From positions 1-31,734 of IMG/VR virus record IMGVR_UViG_3300020044_002951: a stretch of DNA of 31,734 nucleotides; one strand, given 5' to 3'. This stretch comes from a virus. Its lineage: Duplodnaviria; Caudoviricetes. A program made the position numbers and the translations under genes. The notes below the pieces were generated by a model, which was not told where the DNA came from, did no database searches, and saw only the letters and a list, made by a program, of their open reading frames with translations. Below are positions 24,618-31,734 of the stretch, piece after piece (the stretch's first letter is position 1; each line of letters opens with the position of its first letter).

Positions 24618-25154
24618 TTAATTGAATAAAATGTCGTATGATTTTTTCTTTTCTTCTTTGAAGTTGTTAACCACTTGAGCAGCAGGGTCTACCATTCCAG
24701 TAGGTGCCTCGCTCAATTCTTTTGTAAGATTAATCAACCCCTCTATGATAGTTGTTGCTTTAGATAATTTCACTTCGTAATCAGCGAAACGTGTTTCGTA
24801 AGAAGCGAATTTAGCTTCGTAACTTGAAAACTTTTCGTTTGTTACTGATTCAAAAGCAGAGAATTTAGCTCCCATATCTTCAGCAGCAGGTGCTACCGGA
24901 GCTTGTTCAGGTGCTTCAATTTCAGTTATTGCACCATTTTCTCCTACATAAATTTTAGTTCCGTCGCTCAATTTGTGTTCGCCAACTGGAGCAGGTACAT
25001 CGTTGATTGTTACGATTCCACCTACTGTTAATTCAGTTATCTTTACAGGCGTTCCATCTTCCAAAGTTGCATCCATCAAAGCAACTGGAGCAGGTTGACC
25101 AACTAATTCGTTAAAAGTCAACTTCAATTTTTCAATGATTTCTTTAGCTTGCAT
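24618..25154 (-). CDS. Putative capsid scaffolding protein
   Basis: Acidic; L.DGT / P.GEH.L.DG motif followed by a coiled coil; between protease and capsid. Confidence 0.7.
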   Translation of the reverse strand: MQAKEIIEKLKLTFNELVGQPAPVALMDATLEDGTPVKITELTVGGIVTINDVPAPVGEHKLSDGTKIYVGENGAITEIEAPEQAPVAPAAEDMGAKFSAFESVTNEKFSSYEAKFASYETRFADYEVKLSKATTIIEGLINLTKELSEAPTGMVDPAAQVVNNFKEEKKKSYDILFN

Positions 25155-25181
25155 AAGTTTGTATATTATAATATGTCAGAT

Positions 25182-26249
25182 TTAGTCAATTAGTTCATTT
25201 AAGAGTGCAGATATTTTTTTGAGCGCCTGTTCTTCAGGTGTAGTTGGCTCATCGTATTGGAATAAACCTTCAACTGAAAACCCTCTTAAATTACCCTCTT
25301 TAACTTGTTTCCATACGTCGGGATTCTCAACATAGAAACTACCAAACCAACTACCATCTGCAACATCTTTAAATTGCTCCATTGGTAATATTCCTCTTTT
25401 CTTATCCACTATAAAAGATTCAAACATCGTTACCCCTTCAACCTGCATTTTTGGGTCGTGCATCAGATTGACATTCATTTGATATTTCTTTTTTGAGAAT
25501 TTAATGGCTATTTGCTTAATGGTTTCAGCACTAAACTTTACATAATGCTCACCCATCTTATCATTGTTACGATAGATTAACTGGTCAGCCACCATAAGCG
25601 GGCCCGATACGATTCTCTGTTCTTCATTTACTATTTGAAAACTTGCGCTTAAATTAGGTTTTGAGGTCGTGCTTAAATTAGTGTTTGATTCTTTATCAAT
25701 CTGCTCAAGTTTCCTTTGCGCCCATTCTACACCGGCATCACCACCCCATGCTAACCACATCAAACGTCCACATCCATCTCCTAATTCTTTTTGAGAGTTT
25801 TGTCTATGCCTTTCAAATGCTGCCATACGTGCAATGGTTTCACGGCTGATGCCTTCACCATTTGCTAATTGGTTTGCTCTTATTTTTCCTACCGGAGTGC
25901 CACATTCACCCCATCCATTTTCCTCTGCCCATCTTAAAGCAATCTTTGCATTTTCGCTTGCTTCTTTTGGATAGTCATTGTACGATTCAGCAAATTTAGA
26001 AAAGTGGTTATCCCATATTGAATAGCAAATAGCAGCGGCTTGGTCTTGGTCTTTGCCTTCGCTAACTACATACGATATGCAACGTGGAATAAAGTCATCT
26101 TCATTCTCACCTTTGCTCGGTTCTATAAATTCATTTCTGAACATTAAAAAGTCCTTTTGAATAGCCGGTTCATCTACGAGTGCTATGTAAGATACCTCGC
26201 TATCATCCTTTAAAGATTCATTGATTTTTAATTCGTAAATTGGTAACAT
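25182..26249 (-). CDS. Prohead protease, XkdF-like, with inserted domains
   Basis: IALVDEPAI; EQRIVSGP.M; N.MH; GSW; W..VKEG..RGFSVEG.F. Confidence 0.85.
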   Translation of the reverse strand: MLPIYELKINESLKDDSEVSYIALVDEPAIQKDFLMFRNEFIEPSKGENEDDFIPRCISYVVSEGKDQDQAAAICYSIWDNHFSKFAESYNDYPKEASENAKIALRWAEENGWGECGTPVGKIRANQLANGEGISRETIARMAAFERHRQNSQKELGDGCGRLMWLAWGGDAGVEWAQRKLEQIDKESNTNLSTTSKPNLSASFQIVNEEQRIVSGPLMVADQLIYRNNDKMGEHYVKFSAETIKQIAIKFSKKKYQMNVNLMHDPKMQVEGVTMFESFIVDKKRGILPMEQFKDVADGSWFGSFYVENPDVWKQVKEGNLRGFSVEGLFQYDEPTTPEEQALKKISALLNELID

Positions 26250-26262
26250 AATATTTATTTTT

Positions 26263-28089
26263 TTAGTTAATACGTGCTGCTCTGTTTAATCTTTGTATTC
26301 TTTCCTGACTTCCTGAAACATCGGACTCTAAAACAAATGCCCTACTGGTTGCGGATGCTAATTGATTTATTTGCCCTTGATTTAAATTAGTTGTTTGAAC
26401 TTGTGGAGTTAATGGAGCGTTCATTCCTATTTGAGAAATAGGTGGAGTTGGTACGTTTCCACCACCGCCTTGTTTATATTTTGCTATTGTTGTCGCTAAA
26501 ATAGTACCTATTGATATACCTGCTCTTATTTTTGCCTTTAAAGATGCTGCAGTTTTTAAAGCAAGACCACCATCCGGCATTAACGACCATGTTGGATTAG
26601 CATAATATTCAGCTATTTCATTTTGTGTATTTACAACAATCTTTGCAATAGCAGCAGCTTTTTCAACTGCAAATAAAATATTTGATAGCTTTTCATTTCC
26701 TTGTGCTAATGTTTGTAAAGCAGAAATACCACCCTCAACTATACCAAATTTAGCATCTTGCAGTTCTTGTTCTGCTTGTAAAACTGCTTCATTATATGCC
26801 TTTTGGTCTGCAAGTTCTTTTTGTTTATTTTCGTAATCTAATTTTCTTTTTTCATTATTTTTTTCAGCTTGTTTAGTCGCATTTTCTTGAATCTTTGCAA
26901 TATCTTCTTCAGCCCATTTATCCTGCATGGCACGAAGATTAACCATGTATTGCTGCTCTAATAAAGCTATGGATTCATTTTTTTCTTTTGTTGTTGCTTT
27001 GCCATTTTCAATATCTTTTTTGGAATTCTCTAAATCCATTTCTAATTTAGTCGCTGCTCTATCTCTCTCATTTGAAATTAAAGAAAGTGTTATCTCATCT
27101 TGAAGTTGTTTTTGTAGTTTATTTTGCTCATCATTCGCTTGTTGTGTTTCTTGCTTTTGTTTATCTGCATTTTCTTTATTTTTTTGAGACCTTTCTCTTG
27201 CAGCATCACTACGTATCTTTTTAAGTTTTGTTTGGTTATCTAATTCAGCAACTTGACCTTCAACAATTCCATTTTTAATAGTATTTAAAGCATCGGCAGC
27301 AGCGTTAGCATCTACGTTTTTAATTTCATTGTAATATCCTGTTTGTACTTCTAATTTCTTTTTTCTGTAATCTTGCTGAATTTTAAATATTTCATCTTCG
27401 CTTTTACCTGCTAATCTTGCTCTTGATATTAATAGTTTTTCTTCTCTTTCTAAAGCAGCCAAATTTGCTTTCAATCCTATGTCTGCAAATTTCTTTGTAG
27501 ATTCATTTAATTTCTCCTGTGACTTTGCAGCTTCTTCGGCAGCATCACTCATAGACATAAATTTCTCAACTAATAAACCTATGCCAATAATTAAAAGTCC
27601 AATACCAGTTGAAGCTATCGCTGCTTTCATTGAACTAAACGCACCAACAACATTTGTTTTGATAACAGTACCTAAAATATTAAAAGCATCTTTAGCTTCC
27701 ATTATGCTATTAATGCCCTGACTTAAAGCCATAGCTGCTTGTACTTTTACAAGCACTTTTTCAAGTTCTTCACTCTCGCTACCAAATAAAGCCTGCGCAC
27801 CTTGTAAAGCAGCAAACCCACCAACAACGCCTTGTATCGCTCCGCTGAATGCCTGAAACTTCCTATCCGGATTAAACGCATCTGTTAACGCTTTAGCATC
27901 ACCAATAGCATCTTTTAACTCCGCTGCACGCCTTGCTGCTGCTACTGCTTGCTCTGATGTAGCACCAAACTTATCACTTAATGCCTGCACATCATTTTGT
28001 GCTTCTCTTAATTGAGCTTTTAAACTCTTTACACTACCTTCTGCCTGACTGCCATTTGCCGTTAACTCAAATGCTACTTGTGTTGCCAT
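26263..28089 (-). CDS. Tape measure-like protein
   Basis: Ala/Lys/Glu-rich coiled coil with hydrophobic TGIGLLIIGIGLLV segment; C-terminal RAFVLESDV. Confidence 0.75.
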   Translation of the reverse strand: MATQVAFELTANGSQAEGSVKSLKAQLREAQNDVQALSDKFGATSEQAVAAARRAAELKDAIGDAKALTDAFNPDRKFQAFSGAIQGVVGGFAALQGAQALFGSESEELEKVLVKVQAAMALSQGINSIMEAKDAFNILGTVIKTNVVGAFSSMKAAIASTGIGLLIIGIGLLVEKFMSMSDAAEEAAKSQEKLNESTKKFADIGLKANLAALEREEKLLISRARLAGKSEDEIFKIQQDYRKKKLEVQTGYYNEIKNVDANAAADALNTIKNGIVEGQVAELDNQTKLKKIRSDAARERSQKNKENADKQKQETQQANDEQNKLQKQLQDEITLSLISNERDRAATKLEMDLENSKKDIENGKATTKEKNESIALLEQQYMVNLRAMQDKWAEEDIAKIQENATKQAEKNNEKRKLDYENKQKELADQKAYNEAVLQAEQELQDAKFGIVEGGISALQTLAQGNEKLSNILFAVEKAAAIAKIVVNTQNEIAEYYANPTWSLMPDGGLALKTAASLKAKIRAGISIGTILATTIAKYKQGGGGNVPTPPISQIGMNAPLTPQVQTTNLNQGQINQLASATSRAFVLESDVSGSQERIQRLNRAARIN

Positions 28090-28090
28090 G

Positions 28091-30187
28091 TTAATATGTT
28101 GTATAAATTACTCTTAATAAATCTACTTTACAAAGTTCACCTTCGCTATAATCATAAATCTTAATCAATCTGTATAGAACACCATCAATCCAAATAAACT
28201 TCCCGAAATCAAGATTAAAAATATCCTTTTCTGTTAGCTTAAATTTAGCAGTTAATAATCTTGAATCTTTATCGGTTATCTCAGCCATGTAAGGTGAATA
28301 ATAAGCGTTGAACATATTATTACTCAATGCTCCCGTTGCTAACGTAAAAAATAACTGTTGCGTAGCACCAAAGTTTAAATCTACATTCGGGGCATCCGGG
28401 TCGTCCAAGTGTCCTGCAAATCCATAAGAAGTTAAACCACTTCCTCCGCTTATAGGAGTGTCATTATCCTCATCTGGTCCATCTAAAATATCCCATGCAA
28501 TAACACCAGTTATTTTTTTGGCTTGCATTATTCTAATATTGCTTCCTATTTGTTCTTCATTAGTAGTTACTGTTCCATCCCATTTAAAAATAGTAGGATA
28601 TATTTTATCACCAAAATTAACTAAAGGATAATTAACTAAAGGAGTTGAAGAAAATATCACTTCATTTGTGGCTGTTTCTTTTGCGAAATCCAATTGATTA
28701 TCAAACTTTCTGTCGCCATAACCCTCATTAAATCTTTTTTTATAAAGTTCATTATAATAATCAGAATCTGATTTGTACTTAAAATCATAAAACCGAGCAT
28801 TGATTTCTGACATCGGTTTGATTCTTATAGCTTCCGACCTATCCATTTTATCAGACCAATCAATATAAGTTGAACTATTAAGATTGTAAAAGTCAACCCA
28901 TGGCTCTATTATAAGATGATTATCCTTATACTTATCCTCTGTAACCATTAGGTTAAACATCTTTAGTATAGAAGTAAAGAAATCTTTTTGAAGTATGTTA
29001 TAAGGTAAAGCGTTTTTGATGTTTATTGTATTACCCAAATTATATTCAATCCATCCTGCCGGTTCTTTACTTATCAATATTGTAGAATCAGCTAAAACTT
29101 TAAATACTGTTGTACCTGCTCCTCTCGGGTCACGAATAAATATCTGAATATAAAGCTCATCATTAGTCAATATTTCAGTAATAGCACTAATAGTTAATTC
29201 TCCAGTAACATCAGGATTTGGAGTTGTAGTTGCTAAAGTGCTTGTAACTGCTCCGCTTTTTTTAATAATATTAATTCTTACAGGACTATTAAATTGAGTA
29301 TTGTCATACTTGATTAATGATGTTATTTTAACGCTTGTGCCTGTTCCCGTATAAACATAAGCCCCATTTATACCTGAAGTTGTAAATGAATTTAATACAG
29401 TATTTTGAAATATTTGAATAAATGTTTTATCACTACCACCGGAATTTGAATAAGTATCTGTTGCATTATTATTACCCTCTACATAGTTTGTAGTGTCCTT
29501 TTTTAAAAAATCCTTATCATTATTCGGAACAATTAATCTCTCAAAGAAATTTGTATTAAAGAAATTGCTTGTATAACTAAACCCAGCTTCGCTTATAATT
29601 TTTTCAATGCATTCTTTAACATACACAGCAGGTCTAAATGCTTTATAAAAAAAACTTTGCTTTTGATAACTTACTCTCCCATAATCAATCAATGGATAAA
29701 AATACCCACTACCATTTACAGTATTCCAACTATTAATAATATTCGTTGCATTATAAACGTGATTATAAGCACTAAAATCTAAATCTTGAAGTTTTTTGTT
29801 TCCTAATTTGGAAACAAATCCGCCTAACTCACCAAACAAAGCCACCTCATAATCTATATTAACCCCATCAACAACTATCTCTAATAACCTCAAAGCACCC
29901 TTTAAAATTATCAGTCCGTTAATCTCAACCAATACTTTTGCCGACTTTGAAGCATTGAAGTTATAACCCACATTCGGCGCACCATCCTGAGTAAAATTTG
30001 AATTTCCAAAATCAAAGATGTTTCCAAGTAACTTATTATTATTTGAAGTACCCGGTAGAATGATTGTCTTGCTAAACGCAGTCGCTTTGCTATCTATGTT
30101 CTGAATATCATCAACCGCATAAGTTATCTGATGAGTAAACTCATAATTAACATCCAATTCCTGACCTTCAATAAATAATCTTATCAT
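28091..30187 (-). CDS. Tail tip / baseplate hub-like structural protein
   Basis: DI......FSKTI.LPGT..NN; YPLIDYG; Q.DF..SI.KMFNL; DWS.K.D. Confidence 0.7.
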   Translation of the reverse strand: MIRLFIEGQELDVNYEFTHQITYAVDDIQNIDSKATAFSKTIILPGTSNNNKLLGNIFDFGNSNFTQDGAPNVGYNFNASKSAKVLVEINGLIILKGALRLLEIVVDGVNIDYEVALFGELGGFVSKLGNKKLQDLDFSAYNHVYNATNIINSWNTVNGSGYFYPLIDYGRVSYQKQSFFYKAFRPAVYVKECIEKIISEAGFSYTSNFFNTNFFERLIVPNNDKDFLKKDTTNYVEGNNNATDTYSNSGGSDKTFIQIFQNTVLNSFTTSGINGAYVYTGTGTSVKITSLIKYDNTQFNSPVRINIIKKSGAVTSTLATTTPNPDVTGELTISAITEILTNDELYIQIFIRDPRGAGTTVFKVLADSTILISKEPAGWIEYNLGNTINIKNALPYNILQKDFFTSILKMFNLMVTEDKYKDNHLIIEPWVDFYNLNSSTYIDWSDKMDRSEAIRIKPMSEINARFYDFKYKSDSDYYNELYKKRFNEGYGDRKFDNQLDFAKETATNEVIFSSTPLVNYPLVNFGDKIYPTIFKWDGTVTTNEEQIGSNIRIMQAKKITGVIAWDILDGPDEDNDTPISGGSGLTSYGFAGHLDDPDAPNVDLNFGATQQLFFTLATGALSNNMFNAYYSPYMAEITDKDSRLLTAKFKLTEKDIFNLDFGKFIWIDGVLYRLIKIYDYSEGELCKVDLLRVIYTTY

Positions 30188-31329
30188 CTTCTGTAGCTGT
30201 AGCGTTTTTGATTAACATCAATGTTTATATTCAATACTCTTAACTTGTTCGTGTTGTAAGTTGAGTACTCATAATTAGTGTCCTTAATAGTCACCGGATA
30301 ATAGTTGCCATCCAATTCCATGTATATCAGCGGACTCATAATGAGTTCAGCAAGCCATTGATACTCCGCATCAGTCGGATAGTCCATAGTAAGATTGTAA
30401 GACCACATTGCCTTACTGCCATAGTTAATCTTTGTTTCATGATATACGTTGTTGTTGTCGTAATAGGTAACCGCTGAACTTCCGAATCTGTAATCCGCTT
30501 TCTCAAATGACTTACGCTCTAAATCCATTGTTAGTTTTGAAGCCAGTTTGAATCTCGCAGTATCAAACATTCCCAACGCATTCATAAAATGAAGATTAAT
30601 AGGAGTGTAAATAGGCGAGCAATCTAAATTAACTCTAAACTTTTGTGTGTTATTAAAATCAAAATAAACATTATAATATTTCGTAGCTGATGTTATTATA
30701 TTGCTCCCGTATGATTCATTTATTGATGCCGGTCCTATATCGTATTGTGTTATTTTATCTCCAAGTACACCCATTTCATCAGTAAATACCAAAATATTTG
30801 AATAGTTGTAAGTTTCTATAAACATTTCACCGCCACTTCTCGCACCTATCATCAATCTTTCAGTCAAAGTCAAATTAGCATACAAAGGCCTGTTTGATAG
30901 CCATTTATTGACATATTGAGCATATGTGGCTTGCCTACGCTTAAATAGTGTAGGAGTATAATTAAATGCCTTAACATCACCACTTGACAAATTGGTTGTA
31001 GTAACTGCACTCACATCCTCACCAACTCTGATTGAATAAGTCAAAGCAACCTCACCCGATTCGCTTGGATTTGCCAATTGTACACCAGTAGCGTTAGGTA
31101 CAAACCAACCAAAGCTGATTTCATTCTTTACTATTGGCGAAGCATCAAAATATCCTTTTCCGTTGGTAGGGTCTGGGAACACCTTAACCCTTACTAATTG
31201 TTCCGCACCTTTATAAACATCAAATACAAACTTCATATCCGTACTGCCTGAATTATCTGAAGTTGCTATGTGCCACAAGTTATCCTGTATTGACGGCTCA
31301 CCCGATGGACTTATTAAATTCGTTATCAT
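30184..31329 (-). CDS. Tail structural protein
   Basis: Beta-rich; F.N.LG..D...F and WL.EL..SP.IY motifs. Confidence 0.7.
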   Translation of the reverse strand: MITNLISPSGEPSIQDNLWHIATSDNSGSTDMKFVFDVYKGAEQLVRVKVFPDPTNGKGYFDASPIVKNEISFGWFVPNATGVQLANPSESGEVALTYSIRVGEDVSAVTTTNLSSGDVKAFNYTPTLFKRRQATYAQYVNKWLSNRPLYANLTLTERLMIGARSGGEMFIETYNYSNILVFTDEMGVLGDKITQYDIGPASINESYGSNIITSATKYYNVYFDFNNTQKFRVNLDCSPIYTPINLHFMNALGMFDTARFKLASKLTMDLERKSFEKADYRFGSSAVTYYDNNNVYHETKINYGSKAMWSYNLTMDYPTDAEYQWLAELIMSPLIYMELDGNYYPVTIKDTNYEYSTYNTNKLRVLNINIDVNQKRYSYRR

Positions 31330-31733
31330 AATTTTATTGTTACTGATATTTGTCTGCCGATTTGTTCTGCCATTACTTCCGAGAAATTGCCAAATACTTC
31401 CTTTGCTGCATCATCAAACCAACTGCGTTTTTTAATACCATATTTTTTAATATTCTCAATAATCGTATTCACCCTATCTTCAATACTTATTTGTTTCTTT
31501 TCCTGCGCTCCGTATGTTTTCTTTCCAAATTTTGCAGTTTTAGCTTTACCACTCTGTACCCATCTTGTTATTGACATTCTGCCCTCATCGCTCATATTTA
31601 GATTCCTGAACCTATAAGGACTACCCGGAGCATTCTTTGAACTTTTAATACCTCTTACACCTTTATTCGTGTAATCGTAATAATCAGCCATTTCAATGGT
31701 CATCGTGACCTCTGCGCCATTTCTTACTATTTT
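31326..31733 (-). CDS. Tail-completion/morphogenesis-like protein, 5'-truncated at the window edge
   Basis: The frame stays open upstream of 31703 to the edge (KIVRNGAEVT-MTIEM); Y....GV.G and I...GIK...WF motifs. Confidence 0.6.
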   Translation of the reverse strand, partial: KIVRNGAEVTMTIEMADYYDYTNKGVRGIKSSKNAPGSPYRFRNLNMSDEGRMSITRWVQSGKAKTAKFGKKTYGAQEKKQISIEDRVNTIIENIKKYGIKKRSWFDDAAKEVFGNFSEVMAEQIGRQISVTIKL

Positions 31734-31734
31734 A

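Noticed and set aside
3211-31617. Plus-strand ORFs in the track (3211, 3436, 5174, 6738, 10583, 13640, 16725, 18732, 20159, 23064, 27479, 31350, 31387)
   Set aside because: All are short antisense shadows of well-supported minus-strand genes, with no recognisable motifs.

Overview
Most of a lytic-looking, AT-rich tailed phage (siphovirus-type) of a Bacteroidota host, read almost entirely on the minus strand. From right to left the order is: tail genes and tape measure, XkdF-type prohead protease, scaffold, major capsid, tail tube, portal, head-tail connectors, a fibre-like protein, lysis cassette, metallophosphoesterase, early genes (ERF recombinase, stand-alone DnaA domain IV, O-like replication initiator with internal iterons, NinG), an ECF-like sigma factor, DUF3127 SSB, two glycosyltransferases plus a formyltransferase, small terminase and a GIY-YIG homing endonuclease. 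The host assignment rests on TAnnTTTG promoters, DUF3127 and Bacteroidota-type fibre motifs. No large terminase or integrase is seen. The first ~1 kb is an unrelated, opposite-strand tape-measure fragment and is probably a chimeric join. The most unusual signals are: (1) a ~300 bp head-to-tail array of about 13 imperfect palindromes of several different types next to the endonuclease; (2) a fibre-like protein and its partner that carry Sec signal peptides, with Bacteroidota O-glycosylation sequons strongly enriched in the fibre and the spanin, in a phage that also encodes glycan-modifying enzymes; (3) a three-hairpin leader RNA with 7-nt kissing loops on a terminator in front of the replication genes; (4) a promoter-plus-terminator ~50-nt antisense transcript inside the lysis cassette. 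All protein family calls are from motif recognition, not database searches.
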